Both the position numbers and the translations under genes were made by a program. The notes under the pieces are model-generated. The model made no database searches, was not told where the DNA came from, and saw nothing but the letters and a program-made list of their open reading frames with translations. A stretch of DNA of 62,992 bases, the filler included, from Jimgerdemannia flammicorona (lineage: Eukaryota): assembly GCA_003990765.1 (NCBI GenBank). It is 2 parts of 2 records of this genome, joined end to end, with 100 filler letters (N's around TTAATTAATTAA, not from the genome) between each part and the next. Parts side by side here need not be neighbours in the genome. Positions count along the whole stretch, not along the records: positions 31,552 to 62,992 come from RBNJ01000397.1; 1 more part is not named here. One strand, given 5' to 3'. Shown in pieces: positions 52,644-62,992 of this stretch (position 1 is its first letter; each line of letters begins with the position of its first letter).

Positions 52644-52987
52644 TAGTGCTCCAAACGAACGGAGTTGATCCGGATGAGATTTGATTCGGATTCGTCATGT
52701 GATGGATTCGAATCAACTCGGATTGGTCTCGTGATCTGATCCGGATTGATCCGGATTGATCTGGTTTGATCTATCCAGATTGATCCATCTGGATTGACCC
52801 ATTCGGATTGATCCATTCGGATTGAAATCTTTGGTGATGTCATTTTCTGCTGCACTTTGGTGACATCACCCTTTCTTTTGTTCATTTTGCTCTTGTTTTT
52901 TTTTTCTGCCACACTTTGGTGACATCACCCTTTCCTTTGTTCCCTCTCTTTTTTTTGTTCTTTTTCTTTGTTCTTTTCTGCCGCATC

Positions 52988-55047
52988 ATGAGCAAACAAA
53001 ACAGCAGCCCTTAATTTGTACATTAGTCCAGTCTACTCATTTTTCACCCTGCAATGATCGTTAAAAGAGGGAGTATTCGAGGTGGAAACACACTCTCTGC
53101 TGACAATGTTAGATTCTTTCTCATATAGACAGCACACAAGCTGCTCATCGAGAGCCAAAGGGGTGATGGCAGTGGTGGTGGCGATGGTGATGGTGGGGAT
53201 GAGGGAGAATTCCGGCAACAACTCACGGTGGCCCTTTGGACCTCAGAATTCACAGACCTCACAGTTATGTATGCGGTAGCCTTTTTGGAGCAGCTGATAG
53301 TAGATGTAGGTTGCTCACTCGGCCGCCACTTGTTTACTTGTGTTTATTTATTTAAACTTCCCCAGCACGACCTAATTCACCTCGTGCTTTTCTTAGGGTC
53401 CACAGCTCTACGGCGAGATCTGCCGACTTTATTCGCAACATCTGGTCAAGATGAAGAAAGGCTGGCGGACGTTGCAGGGCATGCCTTTGGTGGCTGAGCT
53501 GTTGAGTCAATGCATCACGTGGCAGAGGTCTCAAAAGGAACAGAAGCAAGCCTTCGTGAGCAATTCTTGTGCAACTCATGCAACTCGTCGGTGTGCAACT
53601 CATCAGCATGCAGCTCACTCACTCATGCTCTTTTTCTGAAATACCCATCTCCATGTTTTATTTAATTTCATTTTTACATGGTCTCCCCCTAAAAAACACC
53701 CACACCTGCATGCAACCTGCATGCAACCCATCCACATGCAACCTGCCTGCCTGCACACAACCCGCCCACACGCAACCCATCCGCATACTTATCTCAGTCC
53801 CTCAGATCAGGGCTCAGTTCCATTAGAAAGGAGAGTTCAAAGTTACCTAAGTTCAACCATGTCCAGCATCTGATCAAATAGAGAAATTCAAGGGCAAGAT
53901 GTTCAGCATGAGCAGTACCAGCATCGTCATCAAGGCTTGGGGGTCTACATTCAAATCAGAGCCAATTGTACTCGACCAAGGGATCCATTGGCCAGCAGGA
54001 GTAACCAACGACGAAGAGGACCATATCTTTATTAACGAATGTGGAGAGGTGGTTGCGATGGTGGTAAGGAACCTCTATGGCAATGAGCTTTGCCGCCACA
54101 TCAACGAGATTTGCAAGGATTGCGTCAAATACCAGGTGGCAGGGAAGAGGGGGCGAAAAAAGCAAGGAGGGGGGGTTTGGATGGGAATTGGGTATACTGC
54201 AACACTGGTGAAGGGTGGGTTCCGAAATCCCCTGCACTCATCTCCCTTTTTTTTTTAACCCCTCCCCAGATAAATCACACTCTTCACCAACATACTCTTT
54301 TTGATATAATTCCAGGGATACACAAAATTCTGTACCCCTACTGGAACTTTAGAAGTGCCATCGAAGAGCAAACTGTGCGCAAGCATGACACAGCCTGTGT
54401 TGCGATGGTGGCTATGATCTGGGGTTCTTTGAGCAGATTGGTAGAGCATATGGCAGGCCAGCTTGGTGGTGATCTCGGTGCAGCTGTACATACATTCTTG
54501 GTGCAATTTAGCGTGCCGTATGAGGTAAGGAGCTCCGCTTTTTTGGGGTGCTGCAGCCTGGGGGGTTTCTGCAGCCTGTGGGGTTTCTGCCCCCCGAACG
54601 CAAAAAGGACTGACTGGTTGCTGTCCATTTTGGCAGGTTTCCAAGCCGGGGCTCCCAGGGCTGGACCAAGGGCAGGCATCCACCAGCACAGCCTGGCAGT
54701 ATGAGGTCCTGGGCCAAGGGTTCACCCAACTATATGCTCACATCACATCAGGATATGTCGGGTGCAACCTTTCTCTGCCCACACACACAGACAACAACAT
54801 CACCCTGGTAATGTTTTACGTCCCGGAAAGGAAGGGCCCAACTTGGGAGGATAGCGGCGGAGTCTGGTATGACCTCACCTACAGTTTCGGGGTCCCATTT
54901 GCGGCCAACACAGCCATCCTATTCCAACCACATGACTACCATAGCACCATCACCTTCGAGGAGAGCTCGGACACAACAGTCATCACACTCACAACGGATG
55001 ACAGGCTCATCAAGGCCTGGGACCAGCAGGTGGAGCAGTTTTTGTGA
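52988..55047 (+). pseudogene. Spliced cargo gene; C-terminal putative 2OG-Fe(II) dioxygenase (TET/JBP-like)
   Basis: Phase-0-compatible exons 53806-54135, 54270-54524, 54637-55047 plus upstream exons; last exon NLSLPTHTDNN..GGVWYDL...AILFQPHDYHST; nonsense changes TAG/TAA at ~53824/53848 are TGG/CAA in the older copy. 5' structure and start codon uncertain. Confidence 0.65.
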
Positions 55048-55332
55048 GGGTTAGGCAATCTTTCGTGAGGGTTAGACAGCCATTTTGTGCGGGTTGGGCA
55101 GTCTTATGTAGGGGGGTTGGGCCGGGTGCCTCTTATGTAGCCCTAGCTTAGCCGTTATGCAGGGCCCTACTGGCCCCTCGGCCCTGCTCTGTAGTGCCGC
55201 TGGTGTGGCACTGCGGCACAGGGCTGGGGTGCCCGTGGGACCCGAACTGGCGACTTCGACCACCGGAAACGCCCTCCGACCACCAGAAGCACCCTCCGAC
55301 CACCAGAAGCACTCTCCACCCCAGACTCCTTG

Positions 55333-55710
55333 GCGGCTTGGGGCTGCCCCTATGCCGCTGGCGGAGGGCCACAAATTTTGCGCACTCCCTCTGCCTGCCC
55401 CGCCTGCCAACTGACTCCGCCCACTGACCCGGGTGCTGACAGCTTGGGGCTGCCCCTCACTGCTGGCGGAGGGCCACAAATTTTGCGCGCTCTCTCCACC
55501 TCCCCCCCCGACCCAGACACTTGCGGCTTGGGGCTACCCCTTGCTGCTGGTGGAGGGCCACAAATTTTGCATGCTCCCTCCGCCAACCCACCCACCAACC
55601 CACCCACCGATCCACCCACTGACCTGCTCACCGACCCGCCCACTGACCTGCCTACCGACCCAGGCACTGGCAGCTTGGGGCTGCCCCTTGCGTGCCCCCT
55701 CCACCGCCGC
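55333..55710. repeat. Array of ~57-bp GC-rich hairpin-forming repeats with variable spacers between the convergent genes (also 50450-50775)
   Basis: GCTTGGGGCTGCCCCTYRCYGCTGGCGGAGGGCCACAAATTTTGCRYRCTCCCTCC x3 plus one partial. Confidence 0.85.
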
Positions 55711-55840
55711 CACTGCCAACCCCACTCCACTTTAGCTGCAAACTCCGGGCCGAGTCCTCAGGTTTTTTTTCCTTTTTATTAATTTGAAAGGTATTAAATA
55801 TCCACAAGGCCAACCAACTTATCTGTGGACCTGCTGAATT

Positions 55841-58566
55841 TTAGCAGCCCGAGCCCCACCAAGACTTCAGATACATACATGCCTGGATTGTCTCAGCATT
55901 CAGCACACACCTCTTTGGAGCAATGAGGTCCACCCCACCTGAGAACACCCACTTGATGGGAGCGCTGGAGGCAGGAATCGCCAGGTAGTCCTGAGCCATA
56001 CCACATAGGCTGGAGAAGTCCGTTTGACGCAGCTGCATGCCTCGGTGGATAGAGTGGTAGTTAGATTAGTGGGTTAGATTAGTGGGTTAAATTGGCCCAA
56101 CGTCCACCTAACAACCCACCTTCCACCAGTTGAGCACCTCCGTGCCCTCCAGCAGGACCATGCGGTCGCTGGCGAGGTAAATGGTAAGTTCGTCTATTGA
56201 CAGCAGCTCTTCCACTGATGGCTCCCTCTTCCTCTTTCTGCCAAAGTAAATGTGGGACAGGAGGGATCCCTCGGCATATTCGTCCAGACTTTGGCCAGAA
56301 CCTTGTGGCGGTGCGTAGTTTTTCCAGTACACTTCAATTATGGCCTGCTTGGTTCTCTCAATGAAGTGCTGCTCCCAGCCCTGATCTTTATGGTATTGTA
56401 GCTTTAAGTGTGGGTCCAGCACTGTTCGAAGAAAAGGAGAGTGAGTTTTTGCGGGGTTTCCTCTGTTTTGGAAGGGGCAATGGCCATACGCCGACATTGA
56501 CATTGACATATCTGTACTGATTGAGTATACGGTGGTATCTGTTTGGGTGTAGTATTTTCTAAGCTTGCTTAGAGCAACCACCACGGTGTCTCTCTGATCT
56601 GGGCTTAACCGTAAATCACCGCAACCCTCTAGCCTGTCCTCGAGCTTGTCCTCTAGCTGGTCAATCAGAAGGTTGTATACCGGTATCGCAGAGCTTATTG
56701 TCGGGGTCGTTTGTTTGACTATATCCTTCGTACAATCGTTGAAACACTGGTAGTTATATATGGTGAGGTGTTGCACTATGCAGAGGCAGACAAAATGAGT
56801 GTGGAGCCAGGGCAACCACCACTTACTTCCAAAACTCTGACAACATTCCTAAGTACATCCTACTCGCTTTCACCTAGAGCCTCGGCCCATATTTCCTTGT
56901 CGGCAGCCATCATTGAATCTATTGGCTTTTTTTTTTTTTTTTTTAAATAAATCTTCCATCATCCAAAACAGTTGCTTCAGCCAACTGAAGAAAAAAAGGA
57001 TGCATACTACAGCAAACTCCAGTGCATGCTGGATCATTGTAAATGTTGAGTTCCAACGCATACAGACGTCTAATATAAGCTCTTTTGGGGCTAAACTGAT
57101 TGCCCTACACTGTGCAGCGAATTTGTCTCGTCATTGTGGGGATGATCGGACCAACACAACCAGTTTGTGCAGCTTGGAAATTATACTCAGGGCCCCTCCT
57201 CTCTCAGATGTTTTGTCTACATGCATAAGATAGTCCTGAACAGCGAGGTTCAGTACATGGGCCTGGCATCGCACATGGTAGCTTTCTGTACTGAAGGCCA
57301 TGTTTTCCTGTTTGAGGCTGGCCGCTAAATCTTGGAAAAATGTTGAGTTGTTTGTGGTATTGTCCGTCGTAATGGCCAAAATCTGTACTTGAAATATTTG
57401 GTTGACAAATTTATGTGAAAATAAGTAACCAATAAAATCTGGTTTGGTTTAGGACCTCCCTCAAAACGCCAACCTGATGGCAAGCCCCCCTTTTTTACCT
57501 TGGTGGTGATCCCAAGCTCCTAGATACAACTAATAAAAGCTATAAAAAAAAAAAAAAATATACAACTAATAAAAGCATCTGTGATGTTGTCTCCAGAATG
57601 AGAGCCAGCAAGTTTGACGAAGTCAAGGGTGAGAGATTTAAGCTGCCAATCGAGGTCAATCCAATGACTGGTAATGCCCAGAAACGAAATTACATTGGGG
57701 GATGTCCATGTGTCAATCGTAAACGAAATTTTGCCTGCTGAATTCTGCTTATTGAATGTGAGGTTAAATTGGTGAGCTCTTTTGTATAATTCAGCTTGCA
57801 AAGGTCATGGTGCTGCCCTTATTTTACCTGAAGTGTCTGGTGGAGATTGTCGTGCTCCTTCCTATAGGCCTCCAGGATAACTTTGCGAATAGTATCAGCA
57901 CTTGGCAAATATAAATCATACTTGAGGAGGCCAAAGATGCTATGCAATTGATCACTCTCAATGGTTGTGAATGGCTGGTCTGTGTACACAATCCAGCAAA
58001 TGAGCCGATTTCGAAATTCTGCCAAAGAGTATGGCTAAAATTTTTGATTAAATAGCGTTATTGGTACAGAAATGGTCAGGTAATCAGATAAACGTACCCA
58101 CTACAGCTTGGATGTCGATTTTATTTGTCTCTATGTTCTTTTTGATTTTGTCAGAGTACTTGTCTTTTATGTGTCGATTCATGTTCGAAGTCATACCCCC
58201 AAGCATTTTGAACTTCTGGCTGGTGCAGTTCATAGGGGTGGATGAAACAATATCATGTGTGTGTCAAAACAATATCATGTGTGTATCAAAACAAAGTGTC
58301 AATAGGTGCATCTTAATTTTTTACCTGCAATAATTACAAACAACATCATCTCCTATCTTAGTACAATGTTGCCAGATTTCAGAGCGAGGATTGCGTGGAA
58401 GGTGTGGAACTATCAGGGATGTTTGACTTGAAGCATCATCGGTACTGTGAACTGTTGAAGACTGATCTGTCGACATGTGTGTTTGCATGTTTGCGTGTGC
58501 ATGTGTATGCATGTGTGTATGTGTATGTGTGTGTTGTATTGTGGATGCATCTGGCATATGAGTCAT
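55841..58566 (-). pseudogene. Intron-containing hAT (Ac/Tam3-like) transposase: BED finger, DDE core, C-terminal dimerisation domain
   Basis: RSEIWQHC..VVCNYC..TSNMNRHI; SFTIDTWTS; AITTDNTTNN; HVRCQAHVLNLAV; RWNSTFTMI; LDPHLK; DYLAIPASSAPIKWVFS (catalytic E>K); stop at ~57520. Confidence 0.95.
57541..57559 (+). mobile_element. Ultra-truncated LINE insertion (TAT-A15-T) with 17-bp TSD
   Basis: ATACAACTAATAAAAGC duplicated at 57524-57540 and 57560-57576; single copy in the older hAT (~52606-52622). Confidence 0.8.
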
Positions 58567-58569
58567 GTG

Positions 58570-59050
58570 GAGGATTTGGATTGGAGGATTTGGTTGAAGG
58601 ATTCGGATGAGGATTCAGATTGAAGGATTCGGATTGAAGGATTCGAATTGGAGGATTTGAATTGGAGGATTTGAATTGGAGGATTCGAATTGGAGGATTC
58701 GAATTGAGTGATTTGGATTGAGTGATTCGGATTGAGTGATTTGGATTGAGTGATTCGGATTGAGTGGTTCAGATTAGAGTGGTTCAGATGGGTGATTCAG
58801 ATGGGTGATTCAGATGGGGCGATTCAGATGGGGCGATTCAGATTGAGTGATTCAGATTGAGTGATTCGGATTGGGGTGGTTCGGATGAGTGATTCAGATG
58901 GAGTGATTTGGATGGGTGATTCGGATGGGGCGATTCAGATGGGGCGATTCGGATTAAATCCGAGTTGATCCGGATGGCTTTGGATTTGAAATTCGAATCA
59001 AACCATCATGTGATGAATCGAATCTGGATTTGATTTGAATTGACTCGTTC
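58570..59050. repeat. hAT subterminal repeat array, GATTCGGATT/GATTCAGAT units with ~13-14 bp period
   Basis: Roughly 30 units next to the right TIR; shorter related array at 52655-52825 and 47850-47995. Confidence 0.9.
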
Positions 59051-59203
59051 AGAGCACTACTCCAGAATGAGAGTTAGAAAGTTTGATAAAGTCAAGGTTG
59101 AGAGATTTAAGATGTCAATTGAAATCAATCTAATAAACAGTAATGCCCAGAAATGAAATTATATTGGAGGATATCTATGTGTTGATCATAAATGAAATTT
59201 TGC

Positions 59204-60782
59204 ACCTTTCACCAGTACCATTCAGGTGACACAAGACTTTAACAATACTTTTTCAATGTTTTTGATGACTGATGACTAGCAACATGAATGGCAATGATTG
59301 ATCTGGTGAGCATACTGGCCAGGGGGGGGGTGGTGCCTTTGGCTGGCAACAGGTGGGGAGGAGGAGAGATGGTTTGGAGATGCCAGGGGCCTCAATGGCT
59401 GGCTGAGGTGCTGGTGGTGGAGGGAGGGGCAGTTTGAGGCAGCGTGGAGGGGAGAGGTCGACCTTTGCTGACAAGGTCAAGATAGGGAGGATGTCCTTGG
59501 GTCTGGATGGCTGGCTGGGCTTGGGGAAGACATCGACGGTGGCTGCTGGCAGTCAGGGAGATGTGCCCAGTAGAGTGTCCAGTGGTAGGGGAGGGGGGGG
59601 AGTAGGGGCTGGTGGTGTGACTGCTGATGGGGCTGTGACTGAGGATCTGGAAAATAATCCAGATATGATAGCAGTTGATGGATCTAGACAGAGGGTGGGC
59701 ATGAGGCCCAGGGACCTGGCAGATGGGGTGACGGGCATGGTATCAGCCCTGTTACTTAAGAAATCAAGGTCAGAATTCACTGTCACAATGTGCTTCAGGG
59801 GCTTGGCAGTGACTGCAAGGATGATCTTGGGGCTGGTGGCACAGGAGGTGAAGGGGACAGCAGCAGTGAAGTTTTTGAAGGGGAAAGAAGGGGTTGAGGT
59901 GGGGTTTGAGAAGGAGGAAGTATTGCTGGCTGCCATGGGGAAGGGAGTGATGGTAGGTGGAGTCATGGTCCCTATGGCCAGGTGCATGTGCTGGGACCCC
60001 CGAGTGGTACAGTTGACAGTGTTGGATCTCTCTATAGTATCGAGAGAGCAGGCCAGGGAGTTGGTTGTGGGGGCAGTCAAGGAGTATGGGGAGATTGTGG
60101 ATGTCAGGTTCAAGGTCTGGGAGGGAATGGAGCTCAGGACAGGTGACGTCAATGTCCAGGTAAGGCTGGCTGGAAAGGAGACCACAGGAAAGACATGGGA
60201 TTGGCCAGCGACCCTGAAGTGGGGACCAATAGAGTGCAAGGTCATACAAGTGAAGGGGACTCTGGAAGAGGAGGAGGATCTGCTTGAGGCTCTTGAGGAC
60301 CTGGAGGGGGCTGTTGAGAGAAGGAGAGTAGCTTGGCAGGAGTACAAAGTGAAGATGGTGGTGGAAGTCATTGAGGGAAAGAGAACCAGGATAGACAAGG
60401 TGACCTGGGAGAAGATGCAAGAGAGGAGAATCCAGAAGGAGCTGCTGGCAAAGTTGGGGGGCAGTGGGGCTGACAGTAGTACAGGGGAAGGAGGAGTAGG
60501 GTTGCATGTGAGTGACTGGGTAGGGGGTAGTGTGGTGGCCCATAGTGGTGCTCAGGAAGGACCAAGGGCAGAGAGCAGGGAGGTGTGGAGGTAGATACCG
60601 AGATGAGTGACAGTGTCCACTCCCAGTATAGTGTCCCAGGGGGGACAGGGGGTGAGGAGGAGCTACTGGATGTCCTGGATGAGGAGTGGGATGAGTCAGT
60701 GAGGAGGAGTGCTCTGGTGGACCCAGGGGTGGGAGATGGTCAGGTCGCCCAAGGTTTGGCAGAGGTAGTAGAGGAGGAGAAG
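59204..60782 (+). mobile_element. LINE 5' part (5' UTR and ORF1 59434-60594), interrupted by a family D LTR
   Basis: TTTCACCAGTACCATTCAGGTGACACAAGAC matches the 5' end at 16715-16748 (-); ORF1 homologous to 15730-16600. Confidence 0.92.
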
Positions 60783-62977
60783 TGTAATAACTCTCACTTC
60801 TATCCCTCTCTTATCCTTTGGATAATCAGGGAAGTGGACTATTACTTAGGGACTTAGTACACAATGTGTACCAAGAAGCCTTCAGTTTGAGAAAGCACTT
60901 GTTTATAAGTACATAGTTGTAGCAGCAGTGCCTTATCTTTCAAAGGTCTTTCTCTGGTTTGCCTTCTGTTGCAAAGGTCTTTCTCTTGTGCCCTATTTTG
61001 AGGGTCTTGTTCTTTGCTGTGCACAGACTGAATTTGCCTTGGAATTCAGGTTCAATGGGTTTACTTAAGTCTTTGGGATTTATATATCAGTCTCAGTTCT
61101 GGCAGAAGTTAGCTAGGCTTCTGGAGTTTAGTCAGAAACACTAGAGCCACTTAGGTGTCATTAATAAGACTCAGAGGAATGTGTGTGTGTGGGTGGGGAA
61201 CTTGATTCTTATATCAAGGACTGAACTAAAACTGCTTTATTTCAGATGGAAACTGGGGGTATTTATACAAGTTGGTCCACGATTTCTGACTAAGTATGAG
61301 TGACTAATTTGGTAACTATAATGAGGTTTGTGATTGTGACCTTTGTCAGGTAGTTTTTGATAAAGAATATCTTTGTGATCAGAACCTCAATTACTAGGCA
61401 ATGATCAGTAGCTGTGACAACTGTTGCTGTGGCGCCAATTATTGGGGATAAGCTGAATATTGTTTTCCACATCATTTCACATCATTCATTCGTTCATCAC
61501 TCATTATTTATATACTGCACTCGATCGTATGATGACATCATCACTGGGTCATGTGATCATTCATCTCATCGTGTCCCATCTGTTCACTCTATTACATCCT
61601 TCCCCCCTTAGAAATCAATGTCCTCATTGATTGAGAAATTGAGAACCAGGGGAGAGAAAGGTGGGGAATCCTGCTCAGGATTGTTGGCATCTTCTTCAAT
61701 AGCAGGGGGGGTAGTGGGTGCTGATGGCTCACTGTCCAGGATGGAGAAGTCAATGAGGTCTGCAAATGGTTCTTACATTGGAATAGGTACTGATGTAGGG
61801 GTTCTCCATCTGATGCAGTTGGGGCCATCCAAGTAGGGTTCTTGATCTTCATGCCTGGAAATATCCATTCGGATGGGTGGTCCTTCAAAGAGGTCAGAGA
61901 GGCCTTGGAGCCATTGGTCAGGGTTGTCATTCAGGAGGGGGCTCCAGTGAGGCTCGATATCAGTAGACTTGAGAGCAATCCAGGAGTTGGCTTCTTGGGC
62001 AACCTTGACTTCTAGGGCATCAACCTCAGGGAAAGAGAGGTTCTGGAAATCCTTCAGTTATATGTAGTTGAGGTTGGGGATCACAAAGAGTGCATGGCAC
62101 ATGATTTGATAGACCTTCTTGGCAAGTCTTTGCTTGTGCCTGTCTAGGTGAGTCCAGTCAGAGACCTGGTCCATGGGTAGGCCATTTGTATGTTGGAGAA
62201 GCTGGTGACTGATTTCGTATTCATGCCAGATTTCTAGGTGGCTGGTAGCAAGATAGGCCCTTTCGATAAGTTTATAGCGGTCAAGGACATACTGTCCTAG
62301 GTCTGGGCTGGAGAGGTTAAGGGTCTCTGAGCGGTAGTTCCTTCCTTGGATAGCAACCTGGATGTGTCCAAAGAGGTGGTCAACCTGGCTTGGGAGGGGC
62401 TGGCTACGGTGGGCAGTTTGGCAGTGGGTGGCAGGCATTCTTGTCTTGTCTTTTCTTTGTGAAGAGAGGGAGATGAGAGTTGCAGAGTATTCTTGCCTTG
62501 GGTATTTATACTTATTCACCCATCTGATGTGACCTTCCTTTGGTCACACTTTCTGGCAAAATACATGACCTATGCTGTAAGTAGAGCATATGCTGGTCAT
62601 ATGAGAAAATCCTGATTTCAAAGATCTTGTCACCCGTAATTGTGGTTACACAGGGTTAACAGGTCTTGGTCCACTTTTTTTTTGTCTAGTTGGCACATTT
62701 GTGAGGACTGGCCATCCTTGTCTAGGGTGAGAGCTCCCATTGTCATGACTGGGGGTTCGAATCTCTCGGAAATAGACTTTTCTTGTAATCCAAGGCAATT
62801 CCTAGTAACAATATCTGTCACATGGATGGACTTAGACTGGTTTTGACATTGTTGGCTTTCCTAAGTTTCACATGAAGCATCCGTCATCATCTAGTGGAGA
62901 TGACACAGATAGCATGAAATGGAGTTGTTCAAATGCATTTTGCTGTACTGTACTAGATTGTTCTTTTGCTTGGGTGT
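60783..62977 (-). mobile_element. Family D LTR element, 3' end: 3' LTR 60783-61596, PPT GGGGGGAAGGA, accessory ORF
   Basis: TGTAATA...TATTACA LTR with purine tract immediately upstream on minus; pol not within the window, so superfamily not assignable. Confidence 0.8.
61608..62438 (-). pseudogene. 277-codon accessory ORF of family D (two internal TAA), unknown product
   Basis: One frame from ATG 62438 (MPATHCQ..) to TAA 61608 abutting the PPT; TATAAATA ~62503-62510 upstream. Confidence 0.6.
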
Positions 62978-62992
62978 CTTTTTTTTTTTTTT

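Larger units (their letters stand above)
52644..59059 (-). mobile_element. Young full-length hAT DNA transposon (6416 bp) with transposase and convergent cargo gene
   Basis: TIRs TAGTGCTC...GAGCACTA; perfect 8-bp TSD CTCCAGAA (52636-52643 / 59060-59067); subterminal repeats at both ends; CpG largely retained. Confidence 0.97.
47842..59203 (-). mobile_element. Older hAT copy (47842-52643 + 59060-59203), host of the young copy, cut on the right by a LINE
   Basis: TIR TAGTGCTC at 47842; collinear with 52644-57735; resumes after the TSD at 59068. Confidence 0.92.

Noticed and set aside
54255..54729. Minus-strand ORFs over the cargo region (54255-54725, 54338-54679)
   Set aside because: The plus strand gives phase-consistent GT-AG splicing and catalytic-type motifs conserved in both copies; the minus ORFs do not.
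55333..55710. CRISPR-like repeat-spacer array
   Set aside because: Eukaryotic TE context, only ~4 degenerate units, spacers irregular and low-complexity, no cas genes.
56060..56090. Telomere-like TTAGTGGG repeat
   Set aside because: Only two units, inside a transposase intron.
55841..58566. Currently active transposase
   Set aside because: Catalytic Glu reads Lys, in-frame stop at ~57520 and a poly(A) insertion.
58570..59050. Independent satellite
   Set aside because: Lies inside the hAT TIR and mirrors the left-end array; explained as subterminal transposase-binding repeats.

Overview
Eukaryotic (most plausibly fungal, given short GT-AG introns with CTGAC/CTAAC branch sites) transposon nest with no intact host gene. 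Nearly every base belongs to nested elements decayed by C>T/G>A transitions, with CpG almost absent except in the youngest copies. Contents: (i) Ty3/Gypsy family 'A' with ~1.2-1.4 kb LTRs, a tRNA-Pro-type PBS, dUTPase in pol and an extra 3' ORF, present as two full-length copies (216-16791 +, 36561-46600 -) plus partial copies; (ii) three further LTR families 'B', 'C', 'D' (my labels); (iii) an L1/Tx1-like LINE (full length 10930-16756 -, plus fragments); (iv) a decayed DIRS/Ngaro-type tyrosine-recombinase retroelement; (v) a hAT family (TIR TAGTGCTC, 8-bp TSD) comprising a foldback MITE, an old copy and a young 6.4-kb copy inserted inside the old one. The top candidate for a novel system is the hAT cargo: a spliced gene, convergent with the transposase, whose last exon has the HxD...H signature of a 2OG-Fe(II) dioxygenase resembling TET/JBP-like enzymes. 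That would be a possible anti-methylation cargo in a genome that visibly mutates cytosines in repeats. A 100-nt artificial N/TTAATTAATTAA linker at 31452-31551 means the two sides may not be contiguous. All calls come from reading the sequence by eye; no searches were run.
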